DNA of 62,858 bases from the IMG/VR virus record IMGVR_UViG_3300025131_005047, positions 1 through 62,858 of that record. One strand, written 5' to 3'. The position numbers and the translations under genes are program-made. Shown piece by piece: positions 9,501 through 18,842 of this stretch (the first letter of the stretch is position 1; each line of letters starts with the position of its first letter). This DNA is from a virus (taxonomy: Duplodnaviria; Caudoviricetes). The notes beneath the pieces were generated by a model. The model was not told the DNA's origin, made no database searches, and saw nothing but the letters and a program-made list of their open reading frames with translations.

Positions 9501-11562
9501 TGTTTAATTCTCTTCTTACTAACATATTTAAAACACTAGCATGGTCAACAACTATCTTAAATCTTAAAGTACCTGTTCTATCAGTATTATTATAACTAAA
9601 TATTGGTTCTGGTCTTCCTAAAAAATTATTTTGTGTCCAATTTGCTGTACTTGCTTCATCTACTTGTAAATCGTAAGGTGGAAACCACATTACTCTTCCT
9701 CCGTTTGCTCCTTTCTCACACGCAGGTAGGTCATCATAGGTAAAGCCTTTTTCTCTACTTGTTCTCCAAGCTAAGTTCTCAAGAGAGAACATATATTTTT
9801 TAGCTTTTCCATTAACTATATTACTAGACCCACTACCACCTTCATTGGTTCTCCATGGTGCAATATTTAAATTGAAAGGACTGTCTAAGACGGAATAAGT
9901 TTCTTTTCTATGATTCATTTGGGTCTTTTGTAGTCTTCCATATGTCCAATAAGGAATATCTTTAGTCCATAATCTACAATACTCTTTAGCTATTTCTACA
10001 CCTTTTCCGGATGTTGGGTCTGTATTTTCATATTTTCTAACCCTAGAACCTTTAGTTAATTCTTTATAACCATCATTAAAAACTTTACTTGCTTGATTTA
10101 TTGCATGACCTACATGTTTTAACCTTTTTCCTCCAACATTAGGAACTGACTCTATCATTTGTTGAGTAACGTCCATTATGCTATTATCTACATAATCGTA
10201 GTTGGTTGATTTGGTATCGTTATATTGTGGTGGTATTTCTTTATCTCCGTATACTTTAGTACCGTCTGTACTACCTTCTGGACCTTTTGTAGTCCCAGGT
10301 ACAATACCTTCTTTACTTCCGTACCATGTAAACCCACCAGGAACTGTGCCTTTATTTATTATAGCTTTTCCTTTTAATCCAAACCTATAATCATTACCAT
10401 CAAAATCTTTTGCAATTTCATCTGGTCCATAAACTGGTGCATAATTCTCTCCCGCATAGGTATTGTCTGGTGGACTAATCATATCACTCACCTTATTTCT
10501 ATTACTTCCTACATACTGTGGTGGATTAGGGGGATAGTTACCCACTCCTAAGATTCCACCACCAACAAAATCTATAATTTCTCCAAATACCGCACCAACA
10601 GCCGTCTGTGCTTGTGCACCTTCTCCATATTGGGGTCCGTATGTATTATATCTAATATGTTTAAATAATTGAGATTTTTGTCCTCCTCCTGTATATTCTA
10701 AAAATCTTTGTGACGGTGATTGTCTTCTTCGAGGGATGCCTATTAAACTCCCTAATATACCAGTAATGTCTGATATAATTTTTCCTCCCATAGATAGTCC
10801 TCTTGGTTCCTCTAACTCAAAATAATCCCCTGGTATATAAGAAAATGGTAATCCTATTCCCGTTAAACGAGAAATAAAATCTAATCCTTTACCTACAAGT
10901 GATTTAGGTACTGTTATTTGCCAATCTCTCTCTATAATGGATTCATCCCCTCTAATAATGTCTATCGCTGTATATGGGTCTTTAAATCCTTCTAATAAGT
11001 TAACTCTACCTATTGTTTGTTGTTCTAATTCTTGTCCTATTCTATACTGAAATTCTTTTTTTAGTTGTATTGCTCCTAACTGTTGTAGAGTACTATCATC
11101 TATTAAATCAGAGTCTGTTAATAGTCCTTCTGCGGTTACCCCTAATAATATTTGACCAGGAGAATAAAGTTGTCCGATACTATTATGACTTGTAATACCA
11201 CCACCTTCTGGTGCTAAAAAACTAGTTGTATAAACACCGGCATTAGTAGTATCTAAAATAATGGTGTTAATCTCGGTCATATCATCATAACCACCTACAG
11301 GCCCATATTTGTTTGCAAGGAATATTTGGTCAATAAAAAATTCGTTCATAAATTGAGTAGATGGTTGGTCTACAACCGCCATATCTCTCATTTGACTTAT
11401 AACAACCGACCCTGCTTTTTCTACACCACCTGTATTAATTAATAATGTTCCTGTTGGTGTTAGTTCTTGAGCTACCCCACCTAATGGGATACTCTCAAGA
11501 TTTTTGGCTAAAATCTGTTTTCTTAGATATTCCGTTGCGGAAAAACTTAATTCACTTGCCAT
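6541..11562 (-). CDS. Large tail tube initiator/baseplate protein (gp48/gp54-like) with inserted OmpA-like domain
   Basis: Tube-like segments MWFPPYDL...NFLGRPEPIFSYNNTDRTGTLRF and APPVCVLRIGDFYHTKIIIQNLSISY flank an OmpA-like FYFEND...GGASNLAPSDYNVDLSQRRLDSV...ALGE; follows the tape measure gene. Confidence 0.65.
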   Translation of the reverse strand: MASELSFSATEYLRKQILAKNLESIPLGGVAQELTPTGTLLINTGGVEKAGSVVISQMRDMAVVDQPSTQFMNEFFIDQIFLANKYGPVGGYDDMTEINTIILDTTNAGVYTTSFLAPEGGGITSHNSIGQLYSPGQILLGVTAEGLLTDSDLIDDSTLQQLGAIQLKKEFQYRIGQELEQQTIGRVNLLEGFKDPYTAIDIIRGDESIIERDWQITVPKSLVGKGLDFISRLTGIGLPFSYIPGDYFELEEPRGLSMGGKIISDITGILGSLIGIPRRRQSPSQRFLEYTGGGQKSQLFKHIRYNTYGPQYGEGAQAQTAVGAVFGEIIDFVGGGILGVGNYPPNPPQYVGSNRNKVSDMISPPDNTYAGENYAPVYGPDEIAKDFDGNDYRFGLKGKAIINKGTVPGGFTWYGSKEGIVPGTTKGPEGSTDGTKVYGDKEIPPQYNDTKSTNYDYVDNSIMDVTQQMIESVPNVGGKRLKHVGHAINQASKVFNDGYKELTKGSRVRKYENTDPTSGKGVEIAKEYCRLWTKDIPYWTYGRLQKTQMNHRKETYSVLDSPFNLNIAPWRTNEGGSGSSNIVNGKAKKYMFSLENLAWRTSREKGFTYDDLPACEKGANGGRVMWFPPYDLQVDEASTANWTQNNFLGRPEPIFSYNNTDRTGTLRFKIVVDHASVLNMLVRRELNKLTDEEVNGIIDSFHAGCKTYDIYDLARKWNLGVSTIQEIETIINTVDVDQETISEIADGTNTTDPQIIEDPYDSGPLIAFASPALSFYFENDYPDPNTRLVKSTSPYNALADVYYSTANQDTYQTQQPNSSLKQGLVSFFNEATSQCCEEADRFHKFMVEVDNALKDKKNRVTLTFVGGASNLAPSDYNVDLSQRRLDSVYQMMRDYSLAGEQPFKTYLEKGFLIFPEGSALGESQCVSTVSDDAGDRAASVYNAAAANCRFVSIVGIDVEAIPGDDIPETYTTPPTTTTWRYDRPSPTPPIVKKKTEKQMNTRREIANKVLREMVTECDYFDMLKEEDPFIYDSLKDKFKYFHPAFHAITPEGLNSRLTFLNQCVRPGSTIPTKKGTGELDYETDAKNTSFGAPPVCVLRIGDFYHTKIIIQNLSISYDDNLLDFNPEGIGVQPMIASINIVFNYVGGQGLKGPVERLQNALSFNFYGNTEMYDSRAVYTVTDDDPDEQKWLQENQDLINQVGADLEDEAAKTDDLDTSANDGQTIGDRTTAQTTASGETGFITYKTVFNDYLQQNGVYITGTLSELELLLTSRNYGLLQLVMAERQWTEGQYYYPTTPNSFANVPGKLLGQPVDVSTRINALYDWCENEIKNDNTYIQQKHIIEAFPTNARKRKLRRFLKQKLEESRDAITNELEEVATNLGEKVVELSPFIERLNTVAFSCDGYVSTAKPVSFALTGLTEIHTSSAQQTTPPTDTLQELGNDYSYMINTLNYYVDTLNGDAGVACTINELPCENASSSLNPSESGSLSKIGKYISPNSFEVAPGGTLDPTTMAVEYLIFNQEIIDKDVVDMESTENFYYYQDVFNLNNTTGTLWTEIYEKLNMEMDEIWWVNARKNLSIAFVKNEDYYLKNLQAITKQVKDRFVSEEGTITEGLTTVGDNLTTEFISLDKERKVYYEKTVGPFVAACETNLLALSYKSNNPDNNFNWKFNRE

Positions 11563-11601
11563 AGGTTATATTTTATATGTAAATATTCTTATTTATCATT
11601 A

Positions 11602-13929
11602 TTATGCCATTAGTGCACCTACACCACCACCTTTTTGTAATTCTTTATATCCTGGTTTACCATCTAACGAAGTTTCTACTAATTTATCTTTTAGCCACAT
11701 TAATACTAAATTCTTATCTAATAGTTCTTTTGCATCAATATTCATATTAAGTCCTGCAGCATTTAATGTAGCGGAACCACCTAAATTAACATCCACTTTG
11801 AGTTTATTATCTCCTCTCGCTTGAGCTCCTTGTCCTCGTATTTGGCTTCTAAAATCATCAATGTCTGAAGCCCCAATCGTTCCTGCGGGTAATGCACTAT
11901 TCATTTTAGTACTATCAAATGCGGCAATTATATCTGTAGATTTAGTTCTAACCCGTCCACTTGAGTTGGATATCTCCGTAACTCCTTGTGTTAGATAGTC
12001 CTCTGTGTCTGCAGTGTCAACGCCGAAATAACCTATAGCTAAGTCTATATATTGCTCCCATTTAGTTCCAAACGCTTGTTTAAATCCCTGTTCAAAACTA
12101 GTAAAGGATTCTGCCCAAGCTGCGTCCACTGCAGCCTCACTTCCTGCAGTGGGTGTTAGTGCATCTTGTAACACTTCTCTAAGTGTAACAGCAGATGCTT
12201 TCATCCCCTCCTGTATTCCCTCCATAATTGGGTGTTGTAACTTCTCTATTGTATTTTCTGCTAATGCTCCTCCCGCTGCACCTAATTCCATTTCGAACCC
12301 TAACTGACCTTTCGTAAATTGTGCTTGAATGGCCTCCAATGCGGTCATCGACCTAAACATTATTTCTTTTTCAGATTGAGCGTCCAATTCTTTTGCTCTC
12401 TCTTCGTCCCCTTTCATAGAGTCTCTTAAATCTGTAATCATGTCACCAGTTAAATCTTCTAAAGCCACAAAATCTTCTCCCGCTTCTAATTGTATCTTAT
12501 ATTTTCCGTCTCTGAATTCTGCCATACTTGCGGCAAACTGTTGTAGTTGTTCTGCATCTTCTGTGCCCGCGAATGCCCCTAAATTCATCTGGGACATAGC
12601 TATTGTTTCTTTTTTAGCCATTTTAACTGAGTTAACATATTCCTCGTAACCCATACCCAATTGTTCTGCCATTGCTCTCATTCTCCTCATTTCTGTAGGA
12701 GAAATTCCCATTTCACCAGTTTCTTCATTAAATGTTATGGCTGCCTCACCCGCTTCGATTATAGCGTTTTGTAAACCTTCTAAATCAGAAGTAGCCATAA
12801 ACATTAATTTAAATGGGTCCGCTAAATCACCGACTGCACCACCAATAACTTGTAAATTTGCGGCTAACTCTATGGCCCCTTCAGGGTCAATTACTTTATC
12901 CATCAAAGTTTTAACACTCTGCATACTCAGACCTAGCCTTTGTGCTTGTGCTGCCATTCGGGTAAATCCTTGTACTCCGTCTTTGAAATTATAGGCATTA
13001 ACCATAGACATATTGTCTGCGACAGTCCTCATGAATTTCCCAACATTGAGTCCCATACTGACCGCGACATCTCTCATTTCCATACCTTTGTCTAATGCTG
13101 CATCAACACCAACTCCCATTTTGTCAAATCCTTGGACTAATCTTGCAGTAGCATCCGCACCTAATTCTGTTGCATCAGCAAAAATAGCAAGTCTCGCTAT
13201 TGTCTCATCATCTATAGATAAATTTCTTCCGATAACCTCACTTAGTGTAGATACTGCTCTTAATGTTTCCTCAAATTCTATACCGTATTCAGAAGCTATT
13301 ATTGTTGCCTCGGCAATATTTTTTTGGTAGGTGGTCTGCATTGTACCTTGCATTCCCATACTCTTAACAACTGATTTTCTAATTGCCCCTTCTTTCTCTA
13401 ACGCACCATTTGCTAATCGTAATAAAGCATTCAGTCGTTGTTGTCCATCTGCACCTCCGGTAACGAGATTACCTATGTCCTCGTAAAATGCTTTACTCTT
13501 TCCTAATAATAAACTTTTTGCTGTTTGTAACTCAACTTCGTGTTCTGTTCCTTTATTAAGTTTGTCTTGTAACGCAATTTGTTCCTTTAGTATCTTTTTG
13601 TTGGCTGTGTTTAGTACGTTGATTTCACTTTGTAAAATTTTACGATGTTTACTATCTTTTATCAGCTTAGCCAAAAGCTCTGCTTCTTCAGCAGCGTCTA
13701 GATAGGATGGTAACGGCATCTCAATACCAAAAAGCTTAGCTAATTTAAGGGAATATGGGTTACCTTGGTTTCCGTATTTTAAAATGGAGTTTACTCTGGC
13801 CTGATGATTAGGTTCATCTTTTCTATTAAATATCCCTAATGGGACACCTAACTCTGGATGGGATGCGAAGTAGGGTTGTCCTCCAGACAATAACTTCTCA
13901 ATATATAATTGTATTAATAGCCTCAACAT
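11602..13929 (-). CDS. Tape measure protein
   Basis: 775 aa, Ala/Met/Gln-rich and helical (GAIELAANLQVIGG...DPFKLMF); canonical position after tube and chaperones. Confidence 0.75.
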   Translation of the reverse strand: MLRLLIQLYIEKLLSGGQPYFASHPELGVPLGIFNRKDEPNHQARVNSILKYGNQGNPYSLKLAKLFGIEMPLPSYLDAAEEAELLAKLIKDSKHRKILQSEINVLNTANKKILKEQIALQDKLNKGTEHEVELQTAKSLLLGKSKAFYEDIGNLVTGGADGQQRLNALLRLANGALEKEGAIRKSVVKSMGMQGTMQTTYQKNIAEATIIASEYGIEFEETLRAVSTLSEVIGRNLSIDDETIARLAIFADATELGADATARLVQGFDKMGVGVDAALDKGMEMRDVAVSMGLNVGKFMRTVADNMSMVNAYNFKDGVQGFTRMAAQAQRLGLSMQSVKTLMDKVIDPEGAIELAANLQVIGGAVGDLADPFKLMFMATSDLEGLQNAIIEAGEAAITFNEETGEMGISPTEMRRMRAMAEQLGMGYEEYVNSVKMAKKETIAMSQMNLGAFAGTEDAEQLQQFAASMAEFRDGKYKIQLEAGEDFVALEDLTGDMITDLRDSMKGDEERAKELDAQSEKEIMFRSMTALEAIQAQFTKGQLGFEMELGAAGGALAENTIEKLQHPIMEGIQEGMKASAVTLREVLQDALTPTAGSEAAVDAAWAESFTSFEQGFKQAFGTKWEQYIDLAIGYFGVDTADTEDYLTQGVTEISNSSGRVRTKSTDIIAAFDSTKMNSALPAGTIGASDIDDFRSQIRGQGAQARGDNKLKVDVNLGGSATLNAAGLNMNIDAKELLDKNLVLMWLKDKLVETSLDGKPGYKELQKGGGVGALMA

Positions 13930-13956
13930 ATCTTTCGTTTAAATATAAATATCTAA

Positions 13957-14166
13957 CTACAGATTTCTTTTGTTTCTGGCTTTTTCGATGTTCTCTTGTT
14001 TTTGTTGAGCTTCTTGTACCATTTTATCTATAAAAAATCTACGTTCATAGACTGGCATAATTAAACAATCCTGGTAGGAAAAGTTTGCATGCTTTACTAA
14101 ATAATAAATTTCCTCGAGTAGTGAAAGCCTATACTCCGAAGAAAGGGCGAAAAAAGGCGACCCCAA
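13957..14166 (-). CDS. Second tail assembly chaperone ORF, probably expressed as a frameshift fusion
   Basis: EEIYYLVKHANFSYQDCLIMPVYERRFFI resembles the small chaperone found before tape measure genes; only a TTG start, inside the upstream gene. Confidence 0.65.
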   Translation of the reverse strand: MGSPFFALSSEYRLSLLEEIYYLVKHANFSYQDCLIMPVYERRFFIDKMVQEAQQKQENIEKARNKRNL

Positions 14167-14896
14167 ATGAAATTCTTGTGCTCACTTGGTTGCCGGAAGG
14201 CGCTGTAACGGTTCTTTCTAAATCTAAACCTGGTTTATTTTCTACAATGTATCTTCTTAGAGCTTGAGAATCCTTTATTGGCATTGCTTGTATACGAGTC
14301 GCTATAACTCCTAAGTCTTTTTCTCCTTCTATTTCTACTATATGTTTTTCTAGTCTTTTGGTAACTGTAGGTACTATTTGTACTCCACTATAATGTTCTT
14401 TTAGGTCTTGTAGTTCATTCTCTTCTTTACCAGTTAGAAATCTAAATTTTATTTTTTTCTTAGATGATGGTAGGGTAAAGTCAAAATTGTTGTCACTATC
14501 TGGTTTTAATTTAAACTCCTTAGTTCCAACAGTAGATAAATCGACGGTATGTGTAAAGTTAGTATTATCTTTAGAATCTACTAAGGTAATTTCATACTTT
14601 GCCCCATAAGCTGTATTTCTAAGAAATAAAAGAATAGCTTCTTTATCACATTCTAATAGTTCGTCCATTTGAAAGTCTGGTTCTAATATCTTTCTTCTTA
14701 AAAGTACGTCCACCATTTCACCGGATTGTACTAAATTCTGAGACATAATAATATTTTCGTCTGCTGCTGTTAGGTATGAAACTTTAATACTAGATTTTTT
14801 ATTTTTAGAGAACATTCCTTTTGATGGTAACTCAATAACATCATAAGGTACATTACTTTGAAGGTCTTCTTGTGCGTGTACGTTTGTTGGGTTCAT
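14129..14896 (-). CDS. Tail/baseplate assembly chaperone (T4 gp26-like)
   Basis: VIELPSKG...LTAADENI...DKEAILLFLRNTAYG...FTLPSSK...FRFLTGKEE and C-terminal FFRP; lies between tube and tape measure. Confidence 0.75.
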   Translation of the reverse strand: MNPTNVHAQEDLQSNVPYDVIELPSKGMFSKNKKSSIKVSYLTAADENIIMSQNLVQSGEMVDVLLRRKILEPDFQMDELLECDKEAILLFLRNTAYGAKYEITLVDSKDNTNFTHTVDLSTVGTKEFKLKPDSDNNFDFTLPSSKKKIKFRFLTGKEENELQDLKEHYSGVQIVPTVTKRLEKHIVEIEGEKDLGVIATRIQAMPIKDSQALRRYIVENKPGLDLERTVTAPSGNQVSTRISFGVAFFRPFFGV

Positions 14897-15052
14897 TTTG
14901 ATTTATATTTTATACAAAGGTTCTTTATATTTTATTATATGTAAACATTTATTACTAGCATAAGTATACTTAGTAAAGAAATTTTTATGGTTATTATATA
15001 CCTTGTCTGTATAAAGATAATAAGTAAGTTGGAAAAGAAAATAATAGCATAT

Positions 15053-15080
15053 AAAAAATCCATACCTTAGATATGGATTT
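15053..15080 (-). terminator. Intrinsic terminator after the tail tube gene
   Basis: Minus strand AAATCCATA-TCTAAGG-TATGGATTT running into a T tract, about 28 nt after the tube stop. Confidence 0.6.
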
Positions 15081-15107
15081 AATATTATATATGTAGTAAT
15101 GCCTAGT

Positions 15108-15596
15108 TTAGTAAACTAATATACATCTATCTGGTCTTAAGGTTGCTGCGATATTTGCAATACCTTCATCACCATAAGATAAATCATTAAAGTTAACATC
15201 AGTTAAGAATGTTCCTTGTAGAATCCATTTTTCCACTACAACTCCTGTAGGGTCTAGCATCTCTAAGTCGATATCTTTTTTATAACCTGCAGCGTATCCC
15301 ATTCTTCCTGTAACTGACTCTGCGTGTAATCTTGCCCATTCCATTAATGCTTGTGCTGCGGAAGGACCGATAGGGTCTCTAAATGTTACGTTAATTGTAT
15401 TCCACACAAATCTACCAGCTACATATGTAGAGGTATTTAAAAAAGGAATTTCTACAGAACCAATACTAATATTAGGTCTAGATGTACTTTCCACATACCA
15501 TTCATTAATTCCTAACGATGAAGGAAATCTTAATATAAACCTATTCTTTTTCTTAGGTTCGTACGGTATGGGCATTTTCATTAATAAGTCAGCCAT
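15108..15596 (-). CDS. Tail tube protein (T4 gp19-like)
   Basis: YEPKKKNRF...SRP...YVAGRFVWNTINVTFRDPI...YKKDIDLEMLDPTGVVVEKWILQG; 162 aa. Confidence 0.9.
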   Translation of the reverse strand: MADLLMKMPIPYEPKKKNRFILRFPSSLGINEWYVESTSRPNISIGSVEIPFLNTSTYVAGRFVWNTINVTFRDPIGPSAAQALMEWARLHAESVTGRMGYAAGYKKDIDLEMLDPTGVVVEKWILQGTFLTDVNFNDLSYGDEGIANIAATLRPDRCILVY

Positions 15597-15714
15597 AATT
15601 TTTTATTCTTTTTTGTAATTCTTATTCATCAATAAATATAAACAACTTTGAAAATTTCTCATTTTTTGTCTTTACTTGCTTTAATAGTTTCTATTATATA
15701 TAATATAGCCGCTT

Positions 15715-16365
15715 TTAAATCTTAGCTTTCATAACAAATAGCTTATTAGCTTTAGTACTATCTAATGTGCTCTTTAATCTCTTTACTGCTTTTAAGTTCT
15801 TTATATCATCATCTAAAAATACAATTTCATCATAGTCATCTAATAGTCCATTTATAATTTCTGCTTTTTTATCAAAGTCCGCCACTGCGGTTAGTTTTGA
15901 TGAAGTGACTGCATCATTAATAGCATAAACTAAATTTCTGTCTAATCTGTCTCCTATTGGGACTAATCTTCCTTCTTTATCTCTATACATTAACCACTCC
16001 CTTAAAGTGTCGTAGACAGCGTCCTCGTGACCTCTGGCAGTCAATATACCAATGTTATACCCTCTATTTATAAATTCATCCATCACATTAAGATTTGCAA
16101 TAATAGGTTCTCCACCCATAATTGAATCTGTAATAGATTTAGGGTCTGCAAAATCTCTATAATCGTAATATTTTTTGGTTTCGTCCGTAACTTTTTCATT
16201 ACGATATTCTGCTGGGGTTAATGCAACTTCCTCTTCACCAGGAAATTGTCTATAGATGTATATGTCTTCAGGTTCAACTACTGTGTCGTCTAAATCTAAC
16301 AATACAAGTCTATTTAAGTTTGCAAGTTCTTTTAAAATAAATCTATTACTTATATTTTTAATCAC
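15715..16365 (-). CDS. HAD-superfamily phosphatase-like protein
   Basis: Motif I LLDLDDT, motif II ILTARG, conserved Lys (DKK), motif IV FLDDDIKNL; GTG start. Confidence 0.7.
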   Translation of the reverse strand: MIKNISNRFILKELANLNRLVLLDLDDTVVEPEDIYIYRQFPGEEEVALTPAEYRNEKVTDETKKYYDYRDFADPKSITDSIMGGEPIIANLNVMDEFINRGYNIGILTARGHEDAVYDTLREWLMYRDKEGRLVPIGDRLDRNLVYAINDAVTSSKLTAVADFDKKAEIINGLLDDYDEIVFLDDDIKNLKAVKRLKSTLDSTKANKLFVMKAKI

Positions 16366-16372
16366 TAATTTT

Positions 16373-17344
16373 TTATTTAAAATTTTCTAAGAAAGGCCAT
16401 AATTCATCATCGACTAAAATTTTGGTAATGGAAGGCATCATCCATGGGGATATATTTGATAGTTTCATTCCGTTAGTTAACCAGATAATAATTTGTGAAT
16501 TTTTTAATGCACTAATTTGAGCCTCTCCGAATGTACCCGCTCCCGCAGTACCATCAAAATTTATTAAATTAGTGTCACATATTTTTAACATATACAAATC
16601 TTGTACTACTATTTTGTCTCTTATTTTCTCTCTAAATACTTTAAAAGACTCATTATCTAATTCATTTGATTTCCAAGTTTTAAATAGTTTTTGGAACTCT
16701 TCGTCTTCATCTCTTACGGTTTCTGCTCTCATAGGATTAAGTATGATTGGTATTTCCAATCCTTTAAAATCCATTGTACCATTTGTAACTAATTCTAAAA
16801 GTCTATTACCTTTAACAACATGGTCTGGTCCAAAAAAGTCTTCTACTTTAGTTCTCCATGAAAGTGCATCATCCGCAAAATCTATTCCACCACCCAAATA
16901 AATTGCTCTAGGTTTAAACACTCCATCCATATCCATAGGGTCCAACACATCTATTAAATGAATAGTATCTTTCATTTCATCTGCACTTGCATTAATAAGA
17001 AAGTCAGAAGCTTTATCAGTTAGATATCTTTTTAACCATTTTTTCATTTTAGAAAAGAAACCGTCAGCTTTAAGTTCTGGTATTCCCCCATATGAAATCT
17101 CATTTAAATCATCAGATACATCCTCATCATCCCTCATTTTTCTAAATTCATCATCATAAAAATAATCTGGATTCGTCCCAGGATATTCCCTCCAATTATC
17201 TGGCCTATCATCTTCAGTAGTATTAACTAAATCATTTAAAACTTTTTTTACTTCTTCTCTTTTCTCTGGAGATAGTGATACTAGTTCATCATAAAGATTT
17301 GTTTTATCTTCTACAAATTCTCTTATAATTCTTTTGGTGTTCAT
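16373..17344 (-). CDS. Nucleoside 2-deoxyribosyltransferase / dNMP N-glycosidase (NDT/Rcl-fold) protein with N-terminal extension
   Basis: IYLGGG...WR...ILNP...QDLYMLKICD...GAGTFGE; the family Tyr, Asp and nucleophile Glu appear present. Confidence 0.65.
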   Translation of the reverse strand: MNTKRIIREFVEDKTNLYDELVSLSPEKREEVKKVLNDLVNTTEDDRPDNWREYPGTNPDYFYDDEFRKMRDDEDVSDDLNEISYGGIPELKADGFFSKMKKWLKRYLTDKASDFLINASADEMKDTIHLIDVLDPMDMDGVFKPRAIYLGGGIDFADDALSWRTKVEDFFGPDHVVKGNRLLELVTNGTMDFKGLEIPIILNPMRAETVRDEDEEFQKLFKTWKSNELDNESFKVFREKIRDKIVVQDLYMLKICDTNLINFDGTAGAGTFGEAQISALKNSQIIIWLTNGMKLSNISPWMMPSITKILVDDELWPFLENFK

Positions 17345-18151
17345 TTAATAATTTGTTTTTTCTATTTTATTACCTTTTATAATATCTTTTGCAGCAGACG
17401 TTCCTAATCTAGTAGCCCCTGCGTCCATCATTCTTTCTGCATCTTCTTTACTATAAATACCACCAGAAGCCTTAACTTGCAGGGGTCCTGCGTTGGACTT
17501 CATAATACTTACAGCGTCTGTTGTTGCACCACCATGTCCACTACCTTCTGGATTAAAGAATCCTGTAGAAGTTTTAACAAAAACATTACGAGCTTTTTCA
17601 GGACCAACAGTTTCTATAACTATTTTACTAATTAATGTTGTAAGTTCAGCAATTGCTTGAGGACCTAAAGCTCCTGATTCTATAATCCACTTAACCGTTT
17701 TTCCTTCACTTATCCCTATAGCTGTTCCTTCACTCACTTCCTTCATAACCTTATCTAGGTCACCACTCAAAAAAGCTTTATAATCTACCACAAAATCCAA
17801 TTCATCAACCCCGTTTTCAATTGCTTCCAAAGCTTCATCCATTTTATCACCATGTTCATTATCCCCATAAGGGAACCCTATAACGGTACCAACTAAAACA
17901 TTAGCCCCTTTATTATCTATAAATTCACGTGCTGTTTTAACATATTCAGGCCTTATCATAACTAATTTCATGTCATGTTCTATTGCATCTTTAATTGTGT
18001 CGAAAACTATTCTATCAGTTTCAAACTCATTTACCCCCGCTTGTTCTGGTGTTTTTAAATATGTAGAATCTAGATAACGGGATAAATCAACGTCATCTTG
18101 TTCTTTTATCAACATTAAATCTTTTATTCTTTTTATTTGTTCATTTAACAT
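17345..18151 (-). CDS. deoC: Deoxyribose-phosphate aldolase
   Basis: LDSTYLK, TVIGFPYG, ELDFV, IIESG, FVKTSTGF (Schiff-base Lys), VKASGGI and RLGTS are all intact. Confidence 0.93.
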   Translation of the reverse strand: MLNEQIKRIKDLMLIKEQDDVDLSRYLDSTYLKTPEQAGVNEFETDRIVFDTIKDAIEHDMKLVMIRPEYVKTAREFIDNKGANVLVGTVIGFPYGDNEHGDKMDEALEAIENGVDELDFVVDYKAFLSGDLDKVMKEVSEGTAIGISEGKTVKWIIESGALGPQAIAELTTLISKIVIETVGPEKARNVFVKTSTGFFNPEGSGHGGATTDAVSIMKSNAGPLQVKASGGIYSKEDAERMMDAGATRLGTSAAKDIIKGNKIEKTNY

Positions 18152-18166
18152 CTAGTAATTGTTTAT

Positions 18167-18184
18167 TTATAAATATATTTATAA
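18167..18184. promoter_or_regulatory. Back-to-back TATTTATA motifs forming an 18-bp perfect palindrome; candidate divergent late promoters
   Basis: TTATAAATATATTTATAA lies in the 36-nt gap between divergent deoC and kinase genes. Confidence 0.55.
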
Positions 18185-18187
18185 TAT

Positions 18188-18841
18188 ATGAAAAATTTGA
18201 TTAGAAATGCACTAAGAGAAGAACTACTACTGGAAGAGAAGGTAATTGGGTTTGATTCCCCAACCAACAACTTTGTGGTGGTAGCAGGAGGTCCTGGTGC
18301 AGGAAAAAGCTTTATAACACGAAATTTAATTAATCTAGACAATGTTAAAGAATTTAATGTCGACCAAGTAAGAGTTATGACAGCAAAAAAACTATGGGGA
18401 GACGATTGGGAAGAAATGATATCTACAGAAGAAGGGTACCAAGAAATATTAAATAGAACTTATACTACATCTGACCCTAGAAACTTAACTGTAAGATTTC
18501 TTAAACAATTTTTACAACAAGAAAGAAATCAGGGAGTTAATGTTATTTATGATGCAGGTGGAGGACAACAACAAGTAATGAAAGATGTATGGAGTCTTGC
18601 AAAAGATTCGGGATTTAATACCACTTTAGTTTATGTGAGGACCCCTTTAGAATTAGCCCAAATAAGAAATGATGAACGACCTAGAAGTTTACCGGATGAT
18701 ATGGTAGCCCAATATCATCAAAAAGTTAAAGACAATATGAGAAATATAATACCATTATTTGATAATGTTTGGATTATAGATAACAAGGAGTTAATAAACT
18801 TGGGGGATAGACCTTCTGAGAATATAGAAAAGATAAAATAA
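18188..18841 (+). CDS. P-loop kinase (zeta toxin / AAA_33 / PNK-like)
   Basis: AGGPGAGKS Walker A, NVD, VIYD, lid VRTPLELAQIRNDERPR. Confidence 0.75.
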   Translation: MKNLIRNALREELLLEEKVIGFDSPTNNFVVVAGGPGAGKSFITRNLINLDNVKEFNVDQVRVMTAKKLWGDDWEEMISTEEGYQEILNRTYTTSDPRNLTVRFLKQFLQQERNQGVNVIYDAGGGQQQVMKDVWSLAKDSGFNTTLVYVRTPLELAQIRNDERPRSLPDDMVAQYHQKVKDNMRNIIPLFDNVWIIDNKELINLGDRPSENIEKIK

Positions 18842-18842
18842 C

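Noticed and set aside
3105-13330. Short + strand ORFs within the baseplate and tape measure genes
   Set aside because: Lie opposite long real genes, with no motifs or expression signals.
18188-18841. Zeta toxin-antitoxin module
   Set aside because: No adjacent antitoxin-like gene; only the general kinase fold is supported.
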